IMG/VR virus record: IMGVR_UViG_3300037467_001324
Direction: 5' to 3' (one strand)
DNA from: an uncultured virus (IMG/VR IMGVR_UViG_3300037467_001324)
Taxonomy: Duplodnaviria; Heunggongvirae; Uroviricota; Caudoviricetes
Length of the DNA stretch: 64,000 nt
The notes under the pieces are model-generated. The model saw only the letters and a program-made list of their open reading frames with translations, made no database searches and was not told where the DNA came from. The position numbers and the translations under genes were made by a program. Numbering within the stretch: position 1 is the first letter of the stretch; every line of letters begins with the position of its first letter. Of the stretch, positions 9,367-18,800 are shown one piece after another.

Positions 9367-10664
9367 CGAGCAACCCGCTTATCGCCCGCTTCGCCAACGA
9401 GCCGTCGCTGCTCGCGCCCGGCACCGAAGATCGCTTTCAGGCGCTGCTCAACGCTGCGGCGTCGCATCCGATGCTGGCTGAACTTGACACAATGGAACGT
9501 GCCGAGGGCGGCGATTTCTGGACTGAACTCGGGCCGCGCGCTTCGGCGATCCTGCGCCCCTACATCGTGCAGAACGGGATTCTCCTCATCCCCGTTCGCG
9601 GTGTCCTGCTCAACGATTTTCCTTACGCCTTCTACGACCTCGCCACGGGTTACGAATACATCACCGAGGCCTTCAAGCGGGGCATGGACGACTCCAATGT
9701 CAAGGGCATCGCCCTCGTCATCGACTCGCCTGGCGGAATGGTGGCAGGCTGCTTCGGCTGCGTCGACAAGATGTACGCCCGCCGTGGCGAGAAACCTGTC
9801 CGTGCTTATGCCTCGGAGAGCGCCTACTCGGCAGCTTACGCGATATTCTCGGTGGCCGAACATGGCACCGTCGCGCGCACAGGTGGAGTCGGCTCCATCG
9901 GCGTCGTCACTGCGCACATGGACCTGTCGAAGGCGCTCGAGGATTTCGGAATCAAGATCACTTTCATTTTCGCTGGTAAGCACAAGGTCGATGGTAACGC
10001 CTACGAGCCGCTGCCTGCCGATGTGAAGGCGCGCATCCAGACGCGCATTGACGAGCTTTACGGGATCTTCGTCCAGACGGTCGCGCGCAATCGCGGCCTC
10101 GACGAACAGGCTGTGCGGGACACGGAGGCGCTGACCTTCACCGCCAGCGAATCGCTGTCGAACGGGTTGGCCGACGAAATCGGCGAACTCGACGATGCCC
10201 TGGCCGCGTTCGCGGCCGATTTGTCCAACCCTCAAGGAGATGAGGAAATGTCCACTCAGGACAAGCCGGCCCTGACCCAGGCCGACATTGATAACGCTGT
10301 GGCAGCCGCCACCGCGAACCACGAATCGGCGCTCGCCACCGCGCGCACCGAAGCCGCGTCGGCGGAGCGCACGCGCATCGCCGCCATTCTCGGCAGCGAC
10401 GAGGCGAAGGGCCGCGAGGGTCTCGCCAATCACCTGGCGCTCGAGACCGACACTGCCTCCGAGGCTGCTGTCGCGATCCTCGCCAAGTCGCCGAAGGTCG
10501 AGGAAGGCGCCGAAACCCCGTTCAACAAGGAGATGTCGAAGGGCAATCCGGATGTTGGCGCAGGCGAAGGCGATGACGACGAGCAGGCCATCAGCAACCC
10601 CGTCGCCCTTGCGCGCGCTGCGGGCATCCGCGGCGTTCGCCCTGCTCCGGCTCCGGCGCAGTAA
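9363..10664 (+). CDS. S49 capsid maturation protease (gpC-like) with C-terminal scaffold region
   Basis: IDSPGG, AYSAAY, GSIGV, AGKHK; start at the ATGA overlap with the portal stop. Confidence 0.93.
   Translation: MTSNPLIARFANEPSLLAPGTEDRFQALLNAAASHPMLAELDTMERAEGGDFWTELGPRASAILRPYIVQNGILLIPVRGVLLNDFPYAFYDLATGYEYITEAFKRGMDDSNVKGIALVIDSPGGMVAGCFGCVDKMYARRGEKPVRAYASESAYSAAYAIFSVAEHGTVARTGGVGSIGVVTAHMDLSKALEDFGIKITFIFAGKHKVDGNAYEPLPADVKARIQTRIDELYGIFVQTVARNRGLDEQAVRDTEALTFTASESLSNGLADEIGELDDALAAFAADLSNPQGDEEMSTQDKPALTQADIDNAVAAATANHESALATARTEAASAERTRIAAILGSDEAKGREGLANHLALETDTASEAAVAILAKSPKVEEGAETPFNKEMSKGNPDVGAGEGDDDEQAISNPVALARAAGIRGVRPAPAPAQ
10248..10664 (+). CDS. Probable nested Nu3-like scaffolding protein
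   Basis: In-frame ATG preceded by AAGGAG/GAGG inside the S49 gene; Ala-rich ERTRIAAIL region. Confidence 0.6.
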   Translation: MSTQDKPALTQADIDNAVAAATANHESALATARTEAASAERTRIAAILGSDEAKGREGLANHLALETDTASEAAVAILAKSPKVEEGAETPFNKEMSKGNPDVGAGEGDDDEQAISNPVALARAAGIRGVRPAPAPAQ

Positions 10665-10698
10665 CCCCGAGTCACTAATTTAGGGAGTATCCCCGAAA

Positions 10699-11172
10699 AT
10701 GACCGACATTCCTGCCTCCTACCTCAACAGCGACGTGCGCGGCACGCCGTCTTTCGAGGCGCTCGACCAACTGGTCGACACCAATCTGCTCGCCGGCAGC
10801 TCACCCGGCCTTTCTTCGCCGGTGCGCATCCTGCTCGCCTCGAGCCTCGCCCTCGCGCAGTTCAGCGTGGTCGGCCTCGACGCGAACAACCACCTCGTGC
10901 TTGCCACGCACGACGCGGTCACTCCGGCCAACTCCATCACGCCGATTGGTGTTCTCGCGCACGCGGCCTCGAGCGGTGCAGCGAACACGACCATCCACGG
11001 CGAGGTATTCCTCACCGGCAATTTCAACGCCGGCGACGACGACGCGGGTGGCGACAGCCCGCTCGTTTGGGACGCTTCGTTCACGACGCTCGCCCTCAAG
11101 GTCGCGTCCGTGGTCGGCAATCCGAACCTCATTTTCCGTAGCCGCAAGGCGACGGGTTCACCCGCCGCTTAA
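10699..11172 (+). CDS. Head decoration protein (gpD-like)
   Basis: Between protease and capsid genes; IGVLA..., GNFN motifs. Confidence 0.8.
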   Translation: MTDIPASYLNSDVRGTPSFEALDQLVDTNLLAGSSPGLSSPVRILLASSLALAQFSVVGLDANNHLVLATHDAVTPANSITPIGVLAHAASSGAANTTIHGEVFLTGNFNAGDDDAGGDSPLVWDASFTTLALKVASVVGNPNLIFRSRKATGSPAA

Positions 11173-11196
11173 CGGCTAGAAAGGAACGACAGAGCA

Positions 11197-12294
11197 ATGA
11201 CCTCTCCTGTCACCGCTTACAATCTGTGGGACAGCCGCACCTCGCTCGGGGTGATGCGCGATACCCGTCCCGAACCGCGGCCTTTCAGCCGCTTCTTCAC
11301 GAACGGACTCCGCTCGACCGACGAGTGGATCGATTTCGAGAAGCTGCCCATCAAGGCGCGCCGTCTCGCTCCGTTCGTCAAGCCGCTCGGCCAGGGTCGC
11401 GGTATCTATACCGACAAGGCCAAGGGTCTCCGCTTCAAGCCGGCCTACATCAAGGTCGAGGAAGCGATCGATCCCCTGCGCCCGCTGACCTACCAACCGG
11501 GCATCGACCAGTCGATGTTCGACCCGAACAAGCTGTCGCCGACGCAGCGCACCGAACTGCTCAAGGTCGCCATGACGGTCGACGCGATGGACGCGATCGA
11601 GCGCCGGTGGGAGTGGATGCGCGCCAAGGCGCTCATCGACGGCAAGGTCACCTGCGTTTACGAGGACGGCGACTCCGTCTTGGTCGATTTCCAGCGCGCC
11701 GCAGGTCACACCGAGGTTCTGACGGCCGGCAACCGCTTCGGCGACGCCGGTGTGTCGATCACGGACAAGATCCAGGCCATCGTCGACACGATGAACGACG
11801 CCGAGTTCAGCGGTCTGCCCGTGCAGGTCGAGATGGGCGGCGGCGTCTGGTCGGTGCTCCGCAAGGACGCGGCGATCCTCGACAACCTCGACAAGTTCCG
11901 TCCGGTCGGTGGAGTCACCATCGAGCGCGGCGTGACGACCTCGGGTGACCGCTCGAAGCGGTACAAGGTTGGTGAGCTCCAGATCGGCGGCGGAAGCGGC
12001 ATCAGCATCGAGCTGTTCGTCAACAACGAAGCCTATGAGGCCGACGATGGCACGCAGGTTCGTTACGTTGGCAACAACGAGATGGTGTTCCTCGCCACGC
12101 CGGAGACCATCAACGGCTACGAGTGCTTCGGCATGATCGTCGACCGGGACGCGCAGTATCAGGCGCTCCCGATCTTCCCGAAGAATTTCGAGAAGGGCGA
12201 CGATGTCAAGATCGAGCACCTGTCGTTCAAGTCGGCGCCGCTCATGGTGCCGATCAACCCGAACGGCACCTACAAGCTGACGCCGATCGCCTAA
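11197..12294 (+). CDS. Major capsid protein (lambda gpE family)
   Basis: RRLAPFVKP, FKPAYIK, IERRWEWM, SAPLMVP. Confidence 0.93.
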   Translation: MTSPVTAYNLWDSRTSLGVMRDTRPEPRPFSRFFTNGLRSTDEWIDFEKLPIKARRLAPFVKPLGQGRGIYTDKAKGLRFKPAYIKVEEAIDPLRPLTYQPGIDQSMFDPNKLSPTQRTELLKVAMTVDAMDAIERRWEWMRAKALIDGKVTCVYEDGDSVLVDFQRAAGHTEVLTAGNRFGDAGVSITDKIQAIVDTMNDAEFSGLPVQVEMGGGVWSVLRKDAAILDNLDKFRPVGGVTIERGVTTSGDRSKRYKVGELQIGGGSGISIELFVNNEAYEADDGTQVRYVGNNEMVFLATPETINGYECFGMIVDRDAQYQALPIFPKNFEKGDDVKIEHLSFKSAPLMVPINPNGTYKLTPIA

Positions 12295-12312
12295 GCGACG
12301 GTGAGCCTTTTC

Positions 12313-12346
12313 GCCCGGAGGGTTCAGCTTCCCTCCGGGCTTTTTT
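12313..12346 (+). terminator. Rho-independent terminator after the capsid gene
   Basis: GCCCGGAGGG/CCCTCCGGGC 10-bp stem followed by TTTTTT. Confidence 0.9.
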
Positions 12347-12363
12347 CCAAGACGAGGTGTTGA

Positions 12364-12732
12364 ATGAGCAAGTCAATTCCCGCCGTTGTCGCGACGCAGC
12401 GCATCAACGGCACCATCCTTCCCGGTACGCTTTTCGTTCCGGCATCCGCCGACGATCATGCCGACTTGGTCAGGCTCGAGGCCGTCCGCGAGCCGACCGA
12501 GGCTGAGCTTCTCCTCCACGAGAAGATGCAGTCTAACGCGGCTGCGTCGGAAGCCTCCTCGAAGCCTGCCGGTGGCCGTGGCCGCGGCGGGCGCAAGGCC
12601 GCGCAGACCGGCAACGGCGATGACGCCGGCAACGGCGATGACGCCGGCAACGGCGATGACGCCGGCAGCGTCGTCGCCGGCAACGGCGATGACGCCGGCA
12701 ACGGCGACGACGCTGCGGCGGCGATCGGCTGA
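12364..12732 (+). CDS. Hypothetical virion/packaging protein with GNGDDA repeats
   Basis: ORF in the gpFI-like position after the capsid gene, with a low-complexity tail. Confidence 0.7.
   Translation: MSKSIPAVVATQRINGTILPGTLFVPASADDHADLVRLEAVREPTEAELLLHEKMQSNAAASEASSKPAGGRGRGGRKAAQTGNGDDAGNGDDAGNGDDAGSVVAGNGDDAGNGDDAAAAIG
12610..12714 (+). repeat. In-frame 18-bp tandem repeat GGCAACGGCGATGACGCC (3 + 2 copies)
   Basis: Copies at 12610, 12628, 12646, 12679 and 12697 (the last degenerate). Confidence 0.95.
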
Positions 12733-12734
12733 CC

Positions 12735-13106
12735 ATGTCTGCCGCACTCGACGCAGCGCGGCAACAAGCGCGCCGGGACCTTCATCGTGAGATGTCGGTC
12801 CCGGCGCTCTACATCGTTGGCACCGAGGACCCGGTCGACGTCACCGTGCGTCGGCAGACCCGTGTCGCCAAGACTGGCGACATCGAGGGACTCGACACTG
12901 CCGAAATCTCTGTTGAAACCGTTTTCCTGCGCTTTCTGATCGACGAGCTCGCACAACCGAAGCGCAACGCCATTGTGTCTGTAGCCGAGGGCGAAGCGTA
13001 TCGCATTGACCACGCCCTTGCTCCGCATGGTGTCACCATCGACGCGGCCGTCACCAGGCTGGACACCGCCGAAGCAACAGGGCTTCCCCTTCCGAGCGTG
13101 CCGTGA
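12735..13106 (+). CDS. Head-tail joining protein (gpFII-like)
   Basis: Synteny; ARRDLHREMSVPALY N-terminus resembles Chi-like head closure proteins. Confidence 0.65.
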   Translation: MSAALDAARQQARRDLHREMSVPALYIVGTEDPVDVTVRRQTRVAKTGDIEGLDTAEISVETVFLRFLIDELAQPKRNAIVSVAEGEAYRIDHALAPHGVTIDAAVTRLDTAEATGLPLPSVP

Positions 13107-13696
13107 GCGAGGCTTATGTCATTGCGGTCGAGGGCCTCACCGGAATCCCGGTGGACTCCGCGCGCATCGCCGAGAACGCGAGCAAGGCCATCAACCGCAC
13201 CGTCGAGCGGTCAAAGGCAGCTGCGTCGCGCCGGATGCGGCAACAGGTCGCGTTCAAGGCGGGCTACCTGTCGCGTCAGGACAGGCTTGGAATCACGAAG
13301 AAAGCATCGCGTAACGACCTTGAGGCGGTGATAACTGGACGCCACCGTCCGACAAGCCTGGCGCAGTTTGCTCGCGGCGCCCGCGCTACTGGTCGGCGCC
13401 GCAGTGGAGTCACCGTCGAGGTCCAACCCGGCCTCGTGCGCCGACTCGACAAGGCGTTTTTCATCAAGCTCAGGGCGGGCAACACCGACGCTGGCCCCGG
13501 CAACCTCGGTCTCGCCATTCGTCTGCCGGAAGGCAAGATCCCTGACCGTGCTTACAAGCCAACGCGCATCGGCAAAAACCTGTGGCTTCTTTATGGTCCT
13601 TCCATCGATCAAGTGTTTGACGATGTAGCGAATGACATTTCCCCCGAGGCTGCCGATTTCCTCGAGGCGGAGTTCGCTAGGCTGATGGGTCTCTGA
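13103..13696 (+). CDS. Minor tail/neck protein (gpZ-like)
   Basis: Basic protein, AINRT, RPTSLAQF, LYGPSIDQVF; synteny. Confidence 0.7.
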   Translation: MSEAYVIAVEGLTGIPVDSARIAENASKAINRTVERSKAAASRRMRQQVAFKAGYLSRQDRLGITKKASRNDLEAVITGRHRPTSLAQFARGARATGRRRSGVTVEVQPGLVRRLDKAFFIKLRAGNTDAGPGNLGLAIRLPEGKIPDRAYKPTRIGKNLWLLYGPSIDQVFDDVANDISPEAADFLEAEFARLMGL

Positions 13697-13697
13697 G

Positions 13698-14252
13698 ATG
13701 GCTGATCCAATCGCCTTCGCGGATATGCCGTTTCGTCTCAAAGTGCTCGTGCGGCTGACCGAGTTGCTCCAGGGCATCGAGCGTTCAATGCCGAGCGCTG
13801 CGGCGACCTACAGCTACAATCTCGCACCGGATGCCGATTTCCCCGATGGGCGCGTCCTCCGCGGTCGTGTCGCTTATGGCAGCGACGACCCATTGCCGAT
13901 GCTGTCGATCATCGAGGATCCCAAGCAGCTCGAGCGCGATGCCGTACCGCTGAGGGAAACCGATGCTTCGCCAGGCGATTGGGACTTGCTCATCCAGGGC
14001 TTCATCAAGGACGACCCCGTCCATCCGACCGACCCGGCCTATTTCCTCGCGGCTGACACCGTAGCGAAACTGACCGAGGCAGCGAGCGCGACCCGCAACA
14101 TTCTCGGCCTCGGCTACAAGAAGCCCGCCGTTGAGCAGCTCCACATCGGCGCGCCGATCATCCGGCCACCCGATGACATCTCCGCCACGACCTATTTCTG
14201 GTTGCCCGTGCGGCTACGTCTTGTGGAGGACACGAGCAACGCATTTACATGA
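13698..14252 (+). CDS. Tail terminator-like protein
   Basis: RGR..YG..DPLPMLSI, HPTDPAY; directly before the major tail gene. Confidence 0.65.
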   Translation: MADPIAFADMPFRLKVLVRLTELLQGIERSMPSAAATYSYNLAPDADFPDGRVLRGRVAYGSDDPLPMLSIIEDPKQLERDAVPLRETDASPGDWDLLIQGFIKDDPVHPTDPAYFLAADTVAKLTEAASATRNILGLGYKKPAVEQLHIGAPIIRPPDDISATTYFWLPVRLRLVEDTSNAFT

Positions 14253-14297
14253 ACCACGACTCACTATATTAGTGATTCCATCAACGGAGGTTGACCA

Positions 14298-15089
14298 ATG
14301 CCCGACCTGAACTCAATTCGAGACAATTTCTCCCTCGGCCGCGGCGACCTGTTCTTCGCGCAGCAGCGCGCAGACGGGACATTCGAGGGCGAGCGCCTGA
14401 TCGGCAACGTCCCCGATTTCAAGCTCGGCGTGACGAGCCAGTCGGTGAAGCACTACAGCTCGCGCCGCGGCATGAAGGTGCAGGATCGCGAGGTTCCAAC
14501 GCAGACTGACTACTCGGGCGACTTTATGACCGACGATGTCTCGCCGAAGAACCTGGCTGCGCTGTTCCTTGGTGATGCTGCCGTCGCAGCGCAGACTGCA
14601 CTCGCCGCGCAGAGCGAGGTGTTCAATGACGTCGACCAGGGCCTGACCTATCAGATCGGCGTCGGCGGTGCCGGACATCCTGCTGGCCTCCAGCAGATCA
14701 CCGTCACCTCAGTCAAGAGCGCCGATGATGTCACGACCTATGTCGCCGGCACGGATTACACTGCGGACGGCGCCCTCGGTCGTGTGACGATCGTCGTTGG
14801 CGGCGGTATCGCAGCCGGCGCGGACATCAAGGTTCACTACGACCGGCTCGCCGCGTCGCAGGAGCAGGTCGTGTCCAGCTCGAATGTCGTCGAGGGTTAT
14901 ATCCGCTTCATCGCCTACAACGCAGAAGGCGACAACATCGACTACTATCTGCCGGACGTGAAGCTGTACCCGAACGGCGATTTCGCCATCATCACCGACC
15001 AGGACTGGCAGAAGCTGTCGTTCAAGCTGGCGATCAACGCCGACGCGAACGGAACCGCGGTTTACGCCAACGGTCGCGCATACGTCTAA
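14298..15089 (+). CDS. Major tail tube protein
   Basis: LGRGDLFF, IGNVP, HYSSRRG; strong RBS (GGAGG); synteny. Confidence 0.85.
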   Translation: MPDLNSIRDNFSLGRGDLFFAQQRADGTFEGERLIGNVPDFKLGVTSQSVKHYSSRRGMKVQDREVPTQTDYSGDFMTDDVSPKNLAALFLGDAAVAAQTALAAQSEVFNDVDQGLTYQIGVGGAGHPAGLQQITVTSVKSADDVTTYVAGTDYTADGALGRVTIVVGGGIAAGADIKVHYDRLAASQEQVVSSSNVVEGYIRFIAYNAEGDNIDYYLPDVKLYPNGDFAIITDQDWQKLSFKLAINADANGTAVYANGRAYV

Positions 15090-15092
15090 GCC

Positions 15093-15554
15093 ATGACGGT
15101 GGGGATGGACCTCGAGGCGCTCCGCGCCGAGCTGGTAGTCACAGCGACGGTTCACATGGGAAAGCGGGAGGTTCCGTTGTCGGGCCTCCCGCTCGACGCC
15201 ATCGTGGACATCTGTCGACGCCACTGGAGCGATGTCGGCGGGCTGTTCGACAAACTGGTCGGACAAGTTGCGAGCGGCGACATCGACCCCGAGCTCAACA
15301 CGATGAATTGGCTCGGCGGTGCGCTTCTGGCTGCCCTTCCGCAGGTCGCTGCTGAAATCATCACGGTTTGCGCGGGCTGGTCGCTCGAGGCTGCCGAGGT
15401 TGTGCGAGCGCTCCCGGCGCCGGTGCAACTGGAAGCGCTCGATAAGATTGCCGCTCTGACCTTCACCTCGGAGATGCCGCCAAAAAAAGTCATGGAGACC
15501 GTCATCCGGATGCTCGGCGGCGTCACAAAGACGCTGATCGGAAGCGCCGCCTAA
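15093..15554 (+). CDS. Tail assembly chaperone (gpG-like)
   Basis: Between tube and tape measure genes; slippery CCAAAAAAAG at 15480-15489. Confidence 0.8.
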   Translation: MTVGMDLEALRAELVVTATVHMGKREVPLSGLPLDAIVDICRRHWSDVGGLFDKLVGQVASGDIDPELNTMNWLGGALLAALPQVAAEIITVCAGWSLEAAEVVRALPAPVQLEALDKIAALTFTSEMPPKKVMETVIRMLGGVTKTLIGSAA

Positions 15555-15796
15555 CGCTGGCGGAGTGGCTGTGGGGACTGCGCCGCAAACGGAGTCTCCT
15601 CCTAGCAAACGGCCACCCGAATGCCGGTCTCTACACCCTGGGAAAACTGAACGACGAGGCTGAGCTGGTGATCGAACGCGAGAACAACCGCCTGGCTACC
15701 GAAGCAGTGATGCTCAAGTCGGCTGCTGCGGCGGTTCTCTCCGAGGACGGACACAAGGAGTTCACGAAACTCGTCGCCACCCTGCGGGAGGAATAG
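15480..15796 (+). CDS. -1 frameshift extension of the chaperone (gpGT-like)
   Basis: The -1 frame stays open from the slippery site to TAG 15794-15796 (…WGLRRKRSLLLANGHPNAGLY…LREE). Confidence 0.75.
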
Positions 15797-15800
15797 GTAG

Positions 15801-18800
15801 ATGGCGACGCGCGACGTCCAATTTATCATCCGCGCCCGCGACGAGGCGAGCCGCGCGTTCGAGGGCATCACTAATGCTCTCCAGCAGATCACGAACTGGA
15901 ACGGCAAAGCCGGTGATTCCAGCAACCTTCTAAGCACCGACCTCGGCAAACTGGTCGAGGCGCTTGGTTCCGTTGACCAGGTCGCTCGGATGGTGACCGG
16001 CGCGTCCGACCGTGCAGCCGGCGCATTCGATCAGCAACGAGCGAAAGTCAACGCGCTCGAGAACGATCTCTCGAACCTCAAGGCGCAAGCTGAGTCCGCA
16101 CAAAGCGCCATGTCGAGCGTGAAGGCAGCAGGCGCAGCAACAGGCAACAGTGCTGAGACTGCCACGCAGGTCGAGGCCATCGAAGCCGCGCAGAAGCAGC
16201 TCAATACCCAAATCGAGCGAACGAGCAAGAACCTCACCACGGCGCGCGCCGACCTCGAGGCGCTTGGCACTGAATATCAGCGCGCCGCGAGCCTCGCCAA
16301 TGCTCTCGACGCGGCGCAGCCGAACATAAAATCGGGTCAGGAGCGTGCTGCCGCAGCGCAGGCATTGCAGGAACAGTCGGCGTGGCTGGAGCGGATCCGC
16401 GCGCAGATGAATCCCCTCGCCGGGATTCAGGAACATTATCGCATCGAGATTGAGAAGGCCAACGCCGCTCGAGCTGCCGGTCTCTATGCGAGCGAAAAGG
16501 AATTTCAGCAGGTCATCAAGCTACTCGAGGCCGAGAAGAAGCAAGCCCTCGCGCAGAGTGGCGTCGGTCCCGATGGGCGACCCTCCCTATTCGGATTGAA
16601 GCCGTGGCAGGCGACCAACCTGATGTATCAGGTGAACGATGTCGTCAGCGGCATCGCGATGGGTCAGAAGCCGTCGCAAATCATTGCGCAACAGCTCGGT
16701 CAGATTATCCAGCTGTTCCCGCGGCTCGGCAGCGGCATCATGGCCGCGTTCAGCAATCCGTATTTCCTCGGCGCCGCCGCGATTTTTGGAACGATCGCGT
16801 TCTCCATCAAGCAGGCTGCCGACCAGGCGGAGCGGCTACGCACCTTCGCCGGGATCCTGCGGGCCAATGCGGATGGCGCGCAATACAGCGCCACGGCGCT
16901 CAACGAGAACGTCAAGGCGCTCCAGCAATATCATCTGACCGCCGACCAGGCGGTGACGATCACCCGCACCTTCATCAAGGAAGGCCTCAACCCGAGCTAT
17001 TTCGAGAAATTCGGAATGGCCGCGAAGGATATGAGCCGAATCCTCGGCATTGATGTCAAGGACGCAGCTCAGCAGGTCGCGGAAGCATTCACGGGCGGTT
17101 ACGAGTCAATCGTCAAGCTCGACGATGCGACAAATTTCCTCACTGCTGCGGAGCGCGATCATATCCGCGCCTTGTTCGACAGCGGCCACGCAGCCGAAGC
17201 GCGCCAACTCGCTTTCGACAAGTTTCGCAAGAGCCAGCATGATGCGGCCGAGGAGATGCGCGGCCCTTGGACGCAGGCGGTTGAACATCTCGACCAAGCA
17301 TGGGAGCATTTCAAGGAGTCGCTCGGCGACAGCGATTTCGCCAACGCGGCGCTCGAGGGTCTCGATTCCCTCGCCACTATCGTCGAAAAGATCGCCGACG
17401 CCTGGGAACGCGCCAACTCCGCCCGCGAGCGTTACAAATCACTAGAAGGCGCCGGCTCTGTCGGTAGCGAGCAGGCTGCCGGTGGTGGGGGCGGAGGCGG
17501 TTGGGGCGGCGACGGTGACCCGCGCTCCGGCCAACAAGCCGATAACAAAGCGGCCGGCGACGCTCGCAAGGAGATTGAACTCCAGCGTCAACTGCTGAAC
17601 GCGAGCACCGACACAGCACGGATTCGCGTGGCCGGCGAGCAGGCGTATCGCTCAGAGATTGAGAAAACCGGCAACACGGCGGTCGCGCAACTCAAGCGCC
17701 AGGCTGCCGAGGAAGCCGAGCTCACCCGCATCCAGATGGAGCGGCGCAAGAGTCTGCTGAGTTCCGCCGCGCAGTTCCTCGGCAAGCGGGAGGGCAACCG
17801 CGAGGACGTCGCCGTTCTCGAGGGACTGTTCAACCAGTACGGCATCAAGACGCCCCAGGGAACCACGGTCGACCCGCAAAAGCTGGCCTGGTGCGCCGCC
17901 TTCGTCAACGCGATGTTGGCGTCCAAAGGGTTGCCGACGACCGGCTCGCTCGCCGCATCATCGTTCAAAGGTTACGGCACCGGCGTCAAGATCGAGGACG
18001 CGCAGCCTGGCGACATCGTCGTTCTCGATCACCATGTCGGCATCTTTGCTGGCTTCGGGCCGAACGGCACTGTCCGGATACTCGGCGGCAACCAGGGCAA
18101 ATCCGGTGCGGTCAGCATCGAGAATTTCAAGCGCAGCGCAGTCGAAGCTGTGCGCCGCCCCGGCAATATCGCCGAAGGCTATGACCAGCCCGATTCCGAG
18201 GCGCAGTACGCGATGCAGATTGCGTCCGCTCAGGACGCATTCAACAAGAAGCTCGAGGTGGAGGCCGCGCAGCGGGCGCTGGTCATCAATTTCATGCGCG
18301 AGCAGCTTGGTATGTCCGCGCAGCAGCTCTACGATTCACAGCGCGAAGAAGAAATTCAGAAGGCCATCCTCGCAGCCAAGCAGGAGGCAACCGACAAGCA
18401 TATCGGTTTCTCACCCGAGCAGGAAGCCGCGCTCAGGAAGCAGATCGGCGACCAGTTCGACCTTGAGCACGGTCTCCAGCTCGTCAACGACCGGATCAAG
18501 GAGCAGACCGAGCTTCGTGATGCGCTGATGCAGGGCGCGCAGAATGCGTCGCAGCGCGGTGACGACGCGACATTCTCGCGCCTGAAAGACCAAATCAACG
18601 CGATCACGCCGACGCTCAAAGCCGCCATCAAGGCGGCGGAGGAGTGGTGGCAGAAGCTCCCGGACTCACCGGCGAAGCAGGCCGCGCTCGAGGGCTTCCG
18701 TCAGCTCGATCAGGCCATCGACGACACGAAACACAAGCTGCAAGACCTCGAGCAGCAGCGGCTTGACCAGCGCATTAGCGGCCTCACCGACCTCCAGGGA

